A stretch of 62,871 nt of DNA, filler included, from Welwitschia mirabilis (Eukaryota), in NCBI GenBank assembly GCA_051453625.1. It is 5 parts of one record of this genome, joined end to end, with 100 filler letters (N's around TTAATTAATTAA, not from the genome) between each part and the next. Parts side by side here need not be neighbours in the genome. Positions count along the whole stretch, not along the records: positions 1 to 27,446 come from JBOZIK010000001.1; 4 more parts are not named here. One strand, 5' to 3'. A program made the position numbers and the translations under genes. Shown here in pieces: positions 1 through 13,900 of this stretch. The notes below the pieces were generated by a model that saw only the letters and a list, made by a program, of their open reading frames with translations, searched no databases and was not told where the DNA came from. Within the stretch, counting starts at the first letter, position 1, and each line of letters opens with the position of its first letter.

Positions 1-2198
1 TGAAGGATATTCCAAAAGAGTAAGTTGATAATAACATCATTCATAATTGCTTTCAAACATTCATTGTAAGTTGTATTGTTTTTTAATCTTTTTAGCCATG
101 GGATAGTCTTCTCCTGGCGATGGTGGTTGTTGTTGTTAGATTTAGAAGAGTTCAGTTGATCAAGAATTTCAATATCATATTCTTGAGTTTTTTTTTTTTT
201 TTTTTTTTTTTTGATAGATAGAAGTTAAAGGTTTCTCATGAGTAGTAGTGTTGTTTCCACTTTTAGTTACTACTTTTTAATCTTTCTTTACATCATTTGA
301 GTTTGAAATAGTTTGAGTGGAAAGTGATTCTTAAGCTCTTTAATTATCTAAAACATTTTAAATTTTATATGATTTTCTAAGATTTCATTAGTGGTATGTT
401 GTATATTTTTGAGTTCCTCCATCATTTATCTATGAGAATCATTTTTATTATGGTTGGAAAAATTGGGCTCAGAGTTATGACTTAAGTATTTTATTATTAA
501 ATAAAGATTGGAAAGATGTTAAAGGTTCATTATTTATTAGTGGATATATTTGGTTGCCTTTCAAGTTGTTTAGCATTTGATTGAATGCATAAATGTCATT
601 GAATATGGCCTTTCTAAAAGTACATGAAGCTAGGCATTCATTTGTAGAGTGATGGTTTTCATCACATATTTCACAATGGTTAAGTTGATTTAGCAATTTC
701 ACATCATTTAAAGCTTTTTGTAACTTTCCAGTGTGCTAGTAAGATTACTAAGTAGGTTCTAACCTTTATTGGGTCTTCTTCATATTATACTTTTTTTGAG
801 CATCTAAGCATTTCACCTATAGTTTTTGGCCAATTTTGACTTCTTTTTATAAGGTCTTATAATAAGTTTCAAGTATTGTCTAATCTTGAATTAAGTAAAT
901 CTCCACCACATAAAAAATCTACCATTTTTCTGGTTTAACTATTCAATCCACTATAGAAATAATAAATAAGTTCTTGTTTTTCAAATTCATTCACTCAGCT
1001 AAATGACACAACAATTAAAAATCTTTCATATGTTGAGAAATTATCTTCATAACGGTATTGTTGAAAATTTATTAATTCTTTTCTTCTTATCCTCATGAAT
1101 GTTCCATTCATAAACCGTTTAATAAAAATATTCTTATACATGATTCCATGACTTAAGACTTCTATGTGAAATGATTTTGAGCTGATTTTTTACTATTCCT
1201 TTAAAGGTAAACGGAAATATTATCATGTGGATCCTATCTAAAATTTTATTTTTTTCATTTCCTAAAGTAAGAATGACTTATTCAATATCAGTTATGTGTT
1301 GGAATAGGTCTTCATTAGGTTCTCTAGGAAAGGTAGGATAGGCATTCAAGTTTTTTAACTATACATCATCTCTAGGGGTTAAGTCAAATGTGTTTTAGAG
1401 TTTCCTTTTTTAATTAGCTAACATAACCTATAAAGTGACATTAGATGATTCTTATATTTTAATTGAAGATTTATTGAATANNNNNNNNNNNNNNNNNNNN
1501 NNNNNNNNNNNNNNNNNNNNNNNNNNNNNNNNNNNNNNNNNNNNNNNNNNNNNNNNNNNNNNNNNNNNNNNNNNNNNNNNGTTTTACTATTCTATCCACT
1601 ATAGAAATGATTAATAAGTTCTTGTTTTTCAAATTCATTCACGGGGTTGAATTTCACAACATTCAAGAACCTTTCATATGTTGAGGAATAATCTTCATGA
1701 GGGTATTGTTGAAAATTTATTACTTATTTTCTTCTTGTCTTCATGACCATCTCATTCATGGACCATTTGATAAAGACTTCTTGCACATGATTCCATGACT
1801 TAAGACTTCTATGTAAAATGGTTTTAAGCCAATTCTTTGCTTTTCCTTTTAAGGCAAATGAAAATACTATCATGTAAGTCCTATATAAAATTTTATTTTG
1901 CCTATTTCCTAAGGTAAGAATGAGTTTTTTGATATCAGCTATTGTTGGAATGGGTCTTCATTAGGTTCTCCAAAAAAGATAGGATAAGCATTTAAGTTTT
2001 TTAACTCTACATTATCTCCAGGGGGTAGGTCAAATGGGTTTTTAAGTTCCCTCTTTTTATTGCTAAAATATCCCTTAAAGTAACATTTGAATTAGAAGAT
2101 TTGTTGGATGTCATAGAGGTAATAGTATTAGGATGATTACGCAAAAGAGGAGAGGTAGGATTTTGAGTAGAACTTGGTTGATTTTCAAAAATTTTCAA
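1..2198 (-). pseudogene. gag: Decayed Athila-like gag (two diverged copies of the gag core either side of the 1481-1580 gap)
   Basis: ORFs 475..702 and 2007..2198; 940-1460 aligns by eye with 1588-2100; many in-frame stops. Confidence 0.75.
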
Positions 2199-2864
2199 AG
2201 ACTTAGGAATATGCGAACAAGAAATAGTAAATGTAGAATAATTGTTCTACTCAATTAAAGAATTGAATTTTTCTTTCTCACCTCGAGTTCTCGAATTAAA
2301 GTCCACCAAACCTTATTTGATTGCTTCATTAAGAAAATGTTTTTTTGCAAGTGTATCTGCCTTTGCTACTATTTATCATTACCTTGTAAGATTAATTTAT
2401 GTTAAACAAACTTCTTTACATTCAGGTGGCAACAAGCTCCAGGATTATTCAAAGGTGTGAGGAGTAGGATCAACCAAATGAATGTGGCAATCACTCAGTT
2501 CACATAAAGCACAAAGTGTAGGCCAAGTTTGTTGCAAATAATAATCAATGTGGTAATCCCCAAGATCACACGAAGTGCGAAGGGTAGACATAATAGATTA
2601 CTAAATTGAAATATAAATTCTTAAAATTGCACTTAAAAGTAAAGAAAGAAAAATTACAAAAAATAAAAATTACAATTTGCAAGAATGGAAATTAAAGTAC
2701 ACTCCAAATGGATAACCAAACAATTACTTGTATACCAAAAGGTAATCAAGCAATTGCAAGTAGATCCAAGAGGACAAAATACAATACTACTCAAAAAAAC
2801 AATTTGAAATAAATTAAAAATACTTACTTGAGTAATGATAATCTTCCTTTTCCTCTTGAAGTGT

Positions 2865-2882
2865 TCCCCAACAATAATGCCA
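2865..2882 (-). promoter_or_regulatory. Primer binding site, tRNA-Asp type (degenerate)
   Basis: Minus strand reads TGGCATTATTGTTGGGGA vs Athila PBS TGGCGCCGTTGCCGGGGA (6 differences, all transitions); 3 nt from the LTR end. Confidence 0.85.
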
Positions 2883-2885
2883 AAA

Positions 2886-4092
2886 TGTTGTGATGTGTAT
2901 TTGTGCTTCAAATTCCAATATTCTAAAGATCAAATTTAACTTGCAACATCTGAAAAGCTAATATTCTAATTGCACACAATAAACATTTGTATAGTGGGAT
3001 CAACCCAAATGTCATACACTTAGATAAGTCTTTTGAAAGAGAATATAAAAATTGCTTTCATAAAGAGAAGAATAACATCTTTTAGAAATTTTGCTTTAAA
3101 GGAAATAAAATGAAAAATGGAGAGATGAAAATGGGATGCAATGTAATAAAATGAAGTAAAATATAATGAATTAATCAAACTTCCAATATATTATCATTTA
3201 GATTGATCCTTATAACCTATATCAATTACAAATTCATGTCACTTAAATTAAAATTAAGATAAACTATTAAAAAAAACAATAAAACATTTGAAAATATTTT
3301 AATTTAATCAATACTTTTATTAATGAAATTGAAGTACATCCACTTACAATAATAAATCCTCAATGAAAAATTNNNNNNNNNNNNNNNNNNNNNNNNNNNN
3401 NNNNNNNNNNNNNNNNNNNNNNNNNNNNNNNNNNNNNNNNNNNNNNNNNNNNNNNNNNNNNNNNNNNNNNNNTAATGAAATTGAAGTACATCCACTTACA
3501 ATAATAAATCCTCAATGAAAAAGTCACTGCCTAACACCAAGGTGATCCTTCTCACAAGTAGGATGCATATCTTTGCTTTTAATAATCTCCAATTATCACA
3601 AGAATGTAGATGCAAAAGATGATTTGAATAGGATTTGAAAGGATCTATTTATAGGTTGGGATAGATTGCTAAAGGGTGTGAAATGAAGAGGTACAAGTTA
3701 GATCCACCNNNNNNNNNNGTTTACAAGTTATTTTGAGTGTCGTCCCTCATGTTCCTCCCACAACATAGAGGATGGTACCTCATCTGCCAACTAATGCTTA
3801 GTACATGTCAAAAATGCTAACTGTCATCCCAATCGTCGTCCCCATGACACAGAGGATGACCATTATCGTCTCTTCTATCGTTCTCATGACAATGAGGATC
3901 ATCAATATATCTTCATCACTTTACTTTAGTCAATCATTATCTAAAAATGGCTTCTTCTTTGGAATATTATTGCATTTTTTGGCCTGTATGGAAGCTTTTT
4001 AGAATTTGCATAAATCCCTAGAAAAACTTGTCACTAGGACCTGAAAATGTACTTTACAAGTGTATTAAATAGGTAAAGTTGGCATCACAATA
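2886..4092 (-). repeat. 5' LTR of element A
   Basis: Termini TGTTGTGATG...CATCACAATA; minus-strand TATA (ctatttatag ~3645); similar to other LTRs in the window. Confidence 0.85.
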
Positions 4093-7000
4093 GCTTTCTA
4101 AAAAATCCTTAGGTAATAGCAAAAATTTCAAGGAGAAATGAGACTATTCATAAGACTAGAGATGAACTCAAGCTAAAAAAAGGCCCATCTTCAGAAACAC
4201 TGGAGTAACCAAAGGTAGAGGTCAGCATGACATTGTGAGAGTAAATAAAATGGAGGTTAGATAAGAGAAAATATATCTTTGGTTATGTATGTTACAAGAA
4301 CTAGGGCTAAAGATCCTAAAATATTAAATGTTATCATTGTGGAGGACCTCATAAAATGAAAAATTATTTTAAGAAGAGGAATGAGGAATGAGAAACAGTT
4401 GATGTTAGAAAGCTATATGCATCAATATCTAAAGAGGATGCTTAGCCATCAGTGATTCTAGAAAATATGGATACCTTGTTTAATGTTTTTATCAAAATTT
4501 TATTAGACCTAGGAGCAATAAATTCTATTTTATCCTTTTTAATATCTTAAAGCTATTTACAAAAGTATGTACTAAAAATAAAGTAGTAGTGAAACTTCCA
4601 GATGGTAACACGATTAGGGCTCTTGACAAGACTCCTATATGTGATGTTGTTATTGGAGGTCATGTTTTCCAGGCCAAATTTTTGATTTTAGAATTAAGAT
4701 ATTTTGATGTTATCTTACATATGAATTGGCTACAAGAAAAAAGAGCAAAAATAGATTGTTTTTCTAAGTGAGTTACTATGTGAAGAATAAATGGTGAAAA
4801 GGTTTGGTTACATATCACCTCTAACCCTTCCACCAAAAGATTTATAAGTAGGAAGAAAATGACTAAAAAAGCTAAGTTAGAAGGAAGATAACTTTTGTAA
4901 TAGTTCAGTTTTATTTTTCCTCCAATATTAACATAATATTCAAACATACCAGCAGGAAAAGAATATGTAGATTTATTTCGTAAAGTATTACCAAGTTATC
5001 CACCAAATAGAAATAAAGATTTTCAATTAGCTCTTAAATCAGGAGTTGAATCAATCTCAAGAGCACCTTACAAGATGTCTCCTATTAAGCTAGTAGAGCT
5101 AAAAATTTAACTACACTGTTGGATAAGGAATTAATTAGGCCAAGCATATCCTCATCAGGTGCATCAGTAATTTTTGTCAAAAAGAATAATGGTAGTTTAA
5201 GACTTTGTGTGGACTATAGGATGTTGGATAAAGTTACTATTAGGAATAGCTATCCCTTGCCTAGGATAAAGGATTTATTTGATCAACTTAAATATTAAAA
5301 AGTGTTCTCCAAAATTGATCTTAAGTCTAGATACCATCAACTTAGAATCAAAGAAGAAGATGCCTTTAAAATAACTTTTAAAATCAGGTATGGGAATTAT
5401 AAATTTAGAGTAGTTCCGTTTGGTCTTATAAAGGAACCAACAACATTTATGACAATGATGAATAAAATTTTTAGAGATTATTTGGATGATTTTATTGTAG
5501 TTTTCATTGATGATGTTTTGGTATATTCTCCAACTAAAGAAGCTCATGAGCAGCATTTGAGAATAGTTTTAAATACTTTACAAAGAAATCACTTCTATGC
5601 TAATCCTGATAAGTGTGAGTTCTAGCTATCTAAAGTTAAATTCTTAGGCCATATGATTTCATAAGAAGAAAATAGTGTGGATGATGATAAGGTTCAAGCT
5701 TTGTGGATTGACCTAAAACTGAGGCAGTATCAGAAGTAAGGAGTTTTTTGGTCTTGCAAGATATTATAAAAGGTTTATTAAAAACTTTTCTAAGGTAGCT
5801 TCTTCATTAACCTCCTTATTGAGAAAAAATGAAAAGTTTGAATGGATAGAAAGATGTGATGAAGCTTTTCAGATATTAAAATCAAACCTTATCTCAGCAC
5901 TAATTTGGAGAATGCCAGAACTAGGAAAACCTTACATAGTTTACATAGATGTCTCAGGTGAATACTTAGGAGCAGTATTAATTCAAGAAGATAAAGTGAT
6001 AACCTATGCATTTAGGTAGTTAAAAAATCACAAGAAAAATGATCTTATCTATGACTTAGAGCTAGCACTAATTATACATGCATTAATAATTTAGATACAT
6101 TATGTTTATAATGAATAGATAGAAGTTTGGATAGATCACAAGAGTCTAAAGTATATTCATATACAACCTAATATGAATCTTAGGCAAAGAAGATAAATGA
6201 AATTTTTATAGGATTATGATCTAACAATAGACTATCATGTGGAAAAGGTAAATGTTGTTGCATATTCCTTGATTCAAAGGAGGCATGTACTTTATACTTT
6301 GATAGTAGATAGTTATTTACAACAAATGATTTATGAGGTAAAACAAAATTTTTCCCTATGCAAGAGAGTTAAAGAAATTGGAATGAAAGGATTTACAATT
6401 TTAAAAGATCAGTTAGTATGCTATTTTAAGAAGATTGTAATACTTGATGTGGAAAGAATCAAATACATAATCTTTAAAGATTTTCATGCAACTAAATACC
6501 CAAAAGTTAATAAGATGTACAAGAACATCAAGCAATACTATTAATGGTCAAGGATGAAGTCAGAAATAGCACACTACATAGATAAATGTATAACTTATCA
6601 ATTAGTCAAGGCAGAGCATAATCACATGCAAGACTCCTATATCCTCATAATGTTTCAAAGTGGAAATGGAATATGATAGGCATGGATTTTATCATAAGTT
6701 TACCTAGGACCAAGAAAGGATATGATTCTATTTTTTTCATAATAGATCTTTTAATTAAGAGTGCACATTTCTGTTCGGTTAAGATAACTGACATAGCTGA
6801 ACAAAGTGTAAGAGAACATATAAAAAATATCATTAAGCTTCATGAAGTTCCTAAGGTAATAAATTCAAATTGAGATAGCAAATTTACATCTAGATTCTGA
6901 AGAGCTTTGCATAAGGAGTTAGGCACAAAACTGAATTTGAGTATAGCTTTTCATCCTTAGACAATGGACAAACTAAAAGAATAAATTAAATATTAGAAGT

Positions 7001-7700
7001 TTTGTTAAGATTGGTTATATTAGATTTTGGAGGATCTTGTTAGATCATTTGCCTCTTATAGAATTTACTTATAATAATAGTTATCAAGAGTCAATTAGAT
7101 GTGCATATTTGAAGCCCTATATGGAAGAATATGTAGAACTCTAGTTTCCTAGTTTGATGCAGTAGATAAGAGGATACTACAAGTTTCGTTTACTCAATAC
7201 TTAGAAGAGAAGGTTAGGCAAATAAAAAAAAGAGTATTCAAATAATAAAGGATTAACAAACAAAATATGTAATTCAACACAGAAGAAATGTAGAATCCTA
7301 GGAAGGGAATTATGTGTTTCTTAAGTGTTCCACATTCAAAGGAGTTTTTAGATTGATAAGAAAGATAAAATAACCCTCAAATTTATAGGACCATACTAGA
7401 TTACTAGAAGAATTGGACCTATGACTTACGAATTGGATCTACCATTATATTTGTCCATGTTGCATAATGTTTTTCATATATCGTTGTTGAGGAAATGTAT
7501 TTCCAGTGGAACCAAGGTTATTCTAGTTTATGATATAACCATTCTTCCTAATTGTACTATAGAATCTCAACTAATTAATCTATTAGATTAAAAAGAAAAA
7601 GGAACTTTGAGGAAAGACAACTAAGTTTTACAAGGTTTAATGGTTGGGTTAAATAGAAGATGAGGCAACATGGAAATAAAAAAATAACATCTTGTAGTAA
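4093..7700 (+). pseudogene. pol: Decayed gag-pol of the chromovirus
   Basis: CYHCGGPHKMKNY (~4329); LLDLGAINSI protease (~4500); RT FSKIDLKSRYHQLRI and FIDDVLVYS (5302..5625); RH YIDVSGEYLGAVL (5819..6019); INT IGMDFIISLPRT (6673..6873); chromodomain KFYKV*WLG*IEDEATWK (~7623-7677). Confidence 0.92.
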
Positions 7701-7740
7701 AAACTTGAACTACTAATAAGTTTTCATGAGGAAGCCTCTT

Positions 7741-7754
7741 AAGGAGTGGAGAAA
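7741..7754 (+). promoter_or_regulatory. Polypurine tract
   Basis: AAGGAGTGGAGAAA immediately before the LTR start, downstream of the chromodomain. Confidence 0.75.
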
Positions 7755-9420
7755 TATCACATCCAAACTTTCAAGGTTCAAAGACCTAGCCTAGAAATTT
7801 AATAAAAATAAATTTTATTATTATAGGGTTCATAAGCTAAATTAGTTATTGTACTTATTATTACTATTATTAAGATATATTATGAAAACTTTATGCTAAA
7901 ACTTTTTGTTTTAAGTTATTTCATTTTTAATAGGCATAATATTATTCTTGTTGTAAACTCTTGGTAATTAATCATGATCTTTTATGGCTAAGATAGTGGT
8001 TAAATTAGTGGTCATATTAGTGGAAGTTAGTGATTGAATTATTTTCCTTATTTAATGGTTATACTTTTCCTTTATTTAAAAATAAAAATTATATTATTGA
8101 ATTATTATCTATTATAATAAAATATTATGCATCTAGTGGCTTGGCAAAATAATAGAATCCCCACCACTTCCACCACCTTTACCACCCTCTTTTATGCTAG
8201 TGTCTCTTCACCTTCTTATGTATTTTTACATCCTATATCATCTGCTATAAAGAGGACCTTCTTCTCCTTTTATTTCATAACTTGAGAAAGCCTTTGCTAT
8301 TGAATCATGGTGACTTCAACTTAGAGATTGAAAATCCTTGGAACTTCTCAAATCTTCATCTTAAATTCAGTATGGTTTTNNNNNNNNNNNNNNNNNNNNN
8401 NNNNNNNNNNNNNNNNNNNNNNNNNNNNNNNNNNNNNNNNNNNNNNNNNNNNNNNNNNNNNNNNNNNNNNNNNNNNNNNNNNNNNNNNNNNNNNNNNNNN
8501 NNNNNNNNNNNNNNNNNNNNNNNNNNNNNNNNNNNNNNNNNNNNNNNNNNNNNNNNNNNNNNNNNNNNNNNNNNNNNNNNNNNNNNNNNNNNNNNNNNNN
8601 CTTGTGACCTTTTGTTGATCTATATTAATATATTTTGGATTGCTGAAAACTTCCTTTAAAGAGTAAAGGGAGAAAATGAGCCCCCTCTAGATGTGTTGGT
8701 TTAGATTACAATAAATTACCTCTAGAGAGTAAAGGGAGTAAATGGCCTCCTTTGGATATGTGCATCTAGATTACTATAAACTACCTCCAAAGAGTAAATG
8801 AAGTTAAATGGTCCTATTTGAATGAGTGCAACCAGATAAATTGGAAATGTTGTTTTGGTCATATATTATAATGCAATTTGAACTATTGATAGTACATCTT
8901 TGATTGTTTGACATTGCATTCTTAGATTGTCTTAGTCACATTTCAATTTTTCTTGAGAATCCTATCTTGTGCTTGGAATCCTCTTACTTAAACCTTGCCA
9001 TGGACCGTACTGGGAACTATGAAGTTTACAATTGTTATTCCATGCTTGCGTATGCAATACCTATTATGAAGAAGACCATGGGATGATCTAGCCAATGTAA
9101 TATGGATTGAGTGTTATTTTCATACTTGATTCTTAGATGCATGGATTTAGTTAAAGGACCATGGATGTCCTAAATAAATTATATTAATTATGTAAATAAA
9201 GATTTTATACTCAGACTTATTTTTAAGAATATGCATATACTTTTATAATTATTATCTCTCTCTTAAAAGATTTTGAATGTTTAATTATTTGTAATGCAAG
9301 AGTTATGTTTATGTATTGTGATTTTTTCACACCTTAGAAATTAGCCATAGATTTTTTTCCCATAATTTCTTAGTATTTATTAATATAAGTGCTTATTAGG
9401 CCAATAAATAATTAGATGTC
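7755..9420 (+). repeat. 3' LTR of the chromovirus (end uncertain)
   Basis: Follows the PPT; TATA-like ctataaaag ~8245; internal ~65-bp tandem units at 8659-8837. Confidence 0.6.
8659..8837. repeat. ~65-bp degenerate tandem repeat (about 2.7 copies)
   Basis: Unit gagtaaagggag.aaatg..c.cc.tt.gat.tgtg....tagattac.ataaa.tacctc repeated. Confidence 0.75.
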
Positions 9421-10494
9421 GATGTATAAGTTCCAATAGTGAGATTTCATTTCACATACTTACAAATTTAGGAAGAACTTAGATATATCAATCATTCATT
9501 GGGAACTTAAACTAAAACATATAATAGGAATACTTAATAGAAGACTTAAACATATGTTTTGTATAATATGACTTGTGGGTAGGAATGAATACTAATAATA
9601 AAATGTCCTTTCATAGACTTAAACATGTGACTGCTTACTTTACCATCTTATCATCATGCACACTACCACTTAAGCATGCAGACAACTAAAATGTAATACT
9701 AAAACATTTTAACATAGGTTTCTTTAGATGATTAATGGCAAAGTCTTACAATGTATTAGGAGAACAATAAGAAATCATCATGATCGAACTGCTAATATGC
9801 CCCATCTTTCTCTGAGTGTGTGTGTGTTTATCATCACCATTATAGTTACCGTCCAATCCTTCTTGCTTCCACATCTTACATAGGAAATGACAATCTACTT
9901 CCTCTTACCAGTGCATTTCCGTCCTTGTGCAGTGTTCTCAAAAAATGCTATAAGATCTTCCTCATCTCCTGTGTATTATTGCCTAGCCTTATCTCGTCTT
10001 TCCCTTATGAGGCGTTCATTTTCTTGTGTAATGCTTTCTGCCCAAAGTGGCATTCTTATCCATGCAAAGATCTTGCTTCTTCCATGTGGCTTCTTATTTC
10101 ACGCACTTCTCCTATTGTTAACAATTCTATCTCTTCTATTAGTACAACTCTTCTTCTTTCCAAAACATAGTCCCTTGTTTAGTTAAATATAATTATATGA
10201 TCACTTTACACCACTAATTATTACATCTTAAAATGTAAGAAATTGTAAATGTCAATAATTACTATTTACACTTATAATTAACTAACTCATCATTATGCTA
10301 GGACATTAATACAACAATTTCAAATTTTAAGCCAAAACAAATACTTAATCTAAACATTATCAACATACACAACATATATAGATTCTATTCGATAATATTA
10401 TGTAGTTGAGGTTATTAGCCTTTATTCCTTATGATTTGTATTATATTTGTAATATGATCATCCACTTGTTAAGAATGATATAGATAGGAACATT

Positions 10495-10997
10495 ATAGAT
10501 TCTATTTTGTATCATAAGGTAGATAAGATTCCGTCTTGTAGCATTAGATCAAATCTTTATCATTTAGCATTTAGTGGAGGTTGTCTTCTAGCATCTTGTG
10601 GAGATTGTCATATAGCGTTAGGTAGAATCTTCATCATGATAAGTTTAACATATAGCCTTTGGATCTGAATTCCTCTACCAACTAGTGTTATTGCCACATG
10701 TCTTCAGTGCCATCTCCACATGCCTCTACTACATGTCTTCCAATGCTATTGCTATGTGTCATCACCTCATGTCTTCATTACCACCATTATTTTATGCACA
10801 ATTGTATTCATCTTCATTCATGTATTCTGAAATATGGTTAAAGATCTACAATTATTATGCAAAAAAGCATAATATTAAATTTTATTTTAAATATAATAGA
10901 AGATATATCTTAGGATCAAAATAATAAATTTATATCTTCATTTATACTAAATCATCCTGAAACAATTAATATAAATGTCATTTTTTATATGTTAATA
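10495..10997 (-). repeat. Truncated 3' LTR
   Basis: Direct repeat of 15580-16076, including ~24-bp tagcattaggtaga subrepeats; ends ATGTTAATA. Confidence 0.8.
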
Positions 10998-13900
10998 CAC
11001 CTCGTAATTAGACTTTTTACTAGACCCTTAGTGAAAAGTTGATAATGAAATGTTTAACATGGAAAAATTGTCTAAGTTGAAATACTCAGGTGTGAAAATG
11101 ATATATCTTTAAAAAATTTATGACTAGTTTTCTGAAATTAAGGCACTAAAATTAAAAAAATTCTATGAACATACCATATCCCTAATTAAAACTACACTTT
11201 ATCCCCAATGTTTAATGATGAAAAGTGTTTAATGCATTAGAGAACATAGCCTTTAAAAGATTCTAATGAGTCCTTTTTATTAAAAGTCATGTAAAGTGAT
11301 GCAACTAAGCTATGAAATGGACAATTTGACTAATGCAAAGCAATTTTTATTTATTTCTAAAAATTATAAGTAAAAATTTAAATTCTAAAAAGTTTATTTT
11401 TATGAGATGTGGGTAAGGTTTTGAATGGATGATGAAGATGAAAATGTGACAATGGACTTAACCATTAATAAATCAATAAATGAGTAAACCTACTTAGGTT
11501 AATGGCTTTATTACATTTTTGTATTTTTAACAGATCTTGATATTAAATAAGCTTAGTTTTGGCTAAGTAACTTATATGGATTTAAGAAATCATTACAAAT
11601 CCTAATAGAACACTAAATGAATTCGATACCCATCTTCTTCGTTTCTTTATTTTCTATTTCAAGCATTACATATGTTCTTAGTTTAAGACTTTGAATCACA
11701 TTGGAAATCCAGTTTTATGAGATCTTACTCTAATAGATTTAAGCATGTTGATACATAAAAGAGTTAGTGATGCATTACCAGCAAGCATTTATAGCCCTGA
11801 TGGATTTAAACATGTTATAAAATAAATCATTAAAGCTACATTACCAATGAGCATTCATAGCCTCAATGTAGTTAACTAAACCCAATTAAGTGATTAATGT
11901 TTTGCACATTTGGAGAAGAGATATTCTACTTTTCTTTTGTTCGTCTTCTCATATTCATTTTTTTATGCATATTTAGAGGGATCATTGGCTTATTAGCATA
12001 ATCAAGATAAATCTTGTTCCATCAAAGGCTTTTAGAGTTAAAATATATACGAAGGTAGATTTCACATTTTTAACCAAGTTTTACCAAAATTGAAAATATG
12101 AAGTAAACATTCTCTTAACCATCACAGTTAGAATAAGCATAACTCTTCTTTAAAAACCCATAAGTGTACTTAATCATGATCATTACTTAAGTGATAATAA
12201 GATGGTTATTATTAATTTTTTTTAAGGCCATTAACCTGAGTCTGTTAGTTTTAGAAATTCATAGACAGATGGCAATGGTGGATGATTTATTGGCTTAGCG
12301 GAGTCATGAGAAAATGGAAGGAATGAATGAAGAAGACTACGAAAACAAAAATTGTGGATTTCTAAGCTAAAGTATTTAAGGTAATGATTATAAATATGGT
12401 AGTCTCTGTAAGGTTTTAGGCAAGATATATCATCAAGCACACATGTTTTTAAGTCTCTTACTTTTTTCTAAAGAAATAAAACCTAAAAGATAAATTTATC
12501 CTAAAACAAAACTCTAACCTGAAAGTTAAAAATTCTGTAAGGTGATATGTGTGTAGAAGCTCAAGAGTTTGGAGATGACTATCAGATGATTTGAAACTTT
12601 TAAAACATTTTGAACTAGGAGAGAATCCCTATAAATCCTTATGTAAGAGCCTATGAAATTTGAAAGAACATTAGCAGAGGCTAAAAAGTTTATGAAGGTG
12701 AGATTACTATTAGTCTCTTAGCTTGTTTATGTTTAATTAATAAATTTTGCAAGATCTCACTTTGAAAAGAAGACAAAAATGAATTGGAAATTACTTAACT
12801 GGGTAAGTACTCATTAGAAGAACTAAGGTTTTTACAAGTTGGTTCTAATTCTATGAAAGTTTCATCTTCTTTATTAAGGCTTGAATCTTACTTAGTAAAA
12901 GGTAAATAAGACATGATTAAGTAATGAAATCATTGACAAATAGACAATGATGCATTAAGTATTGAATTGTTACTAATGTTCTTTTCTCCATGAATGTCAT
13001 TATGGGATTCCTCCTTAAGAGATAATGGTTGTAAGTCAATGTTTCCTTTACCACTTAAAAACTCATCGTTAATTGAATAACTCTCTAAGATACAACATTC
13101 CTTATATGGTTATTCATCTTTTAAGTTATGATAATTGACTAGTATATTTATGGACTCCAAATTCTCATGAATTTCTTTGTTCATTCTTATTCATTCCTAA
13201 TGGATGTGGCTTGAGTATCATTGGTTTCACTATCTTTAATTCTTCTAAAATTTTCAATGCGCTTAGATTCATGGATTGCAGGAAGCTCTTCTTTTTGTTA
13301 GATGAGGGTTTTCATGATTTAAGCATTAGTTTAGGTGATTTTTTAAAAGACTTGAATTGGGCTTTGGAAACTTTACTTAAGATTATCTAGGAAAGAAGAG
13401 TGTTATTCAAGAATTCTTTTATGAGCATTGTTAATTTGGTCTTAAGTCTTTATGAATTTCTTAAATGAATCCTCAAAATGGATGTATGAAGGTTGTTGTT
13501 GCATGAAGTAAAATGGTTAATAAGGATAAAGATCATGATATGCAATAGAAGGTGTAGGATCAAACTCTTGTTGAGAATAAGGTGTTTTGAATTTTGCATA
13601 AGAAGCTTGATTAATATGTGGAGGGTATTAGCCAAGTGAGTATGGAAAGAAGGATGAAGGATAAGGGTTGTGGTGGTTTTTATAGATGTAATCTCCTAAG
13701 GTTTTCTTGGGCTAAATATAATCTCCTACAATTTTAGGTTATTTATAATTATATATGTTGTAGGACTTATTGCCATCTCCAAAGATAAAGTGGACTTCTA
13801 AAGATATTACAAATGAATTTTGCACCAAATCCATGTTAAAATATTTAAGAAAATAAATTAAGAAATTAATTACATCATTTACATTTTCTTAACTATTAAG

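Larger units (their letters stand above)
1..4092 (-). mobile_element. Athila-like Ty3/gypsy element A, 5' part (5' LTR, PBS, UTR, decayed gag); continues left of window
   Basis: LTR 2886-4092 and PBS 2865-2882. Gag motifs on the minus strand: MVDFLCGGDL (~900-925) and the Cys/His knuckle CEICDENHHSTNEC (ORF 475..702). Confidence 0.85.
4093..9420 (+). mobile_element. Chromovirus (Tekay/Del-like) Ty3/gypsy element, decayed; 5' end interrupted by element A; right boundary approximate
   Basis: Order: gag knuckle, PR, RT, RH, INT, chromodomain, PPT, LTR starting TATCACA (decayed TGTCACA) at 7755. Confidence 0.85.

Noticed and set aside
3320..3522. Near-identical direct repeats flanking 100-N gaps (also ~16017/16199, ~26966/27097, ~35308/35482, ~35635/35845)
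   Set aside because: Unmerged contig overlaps, not biological repeats.
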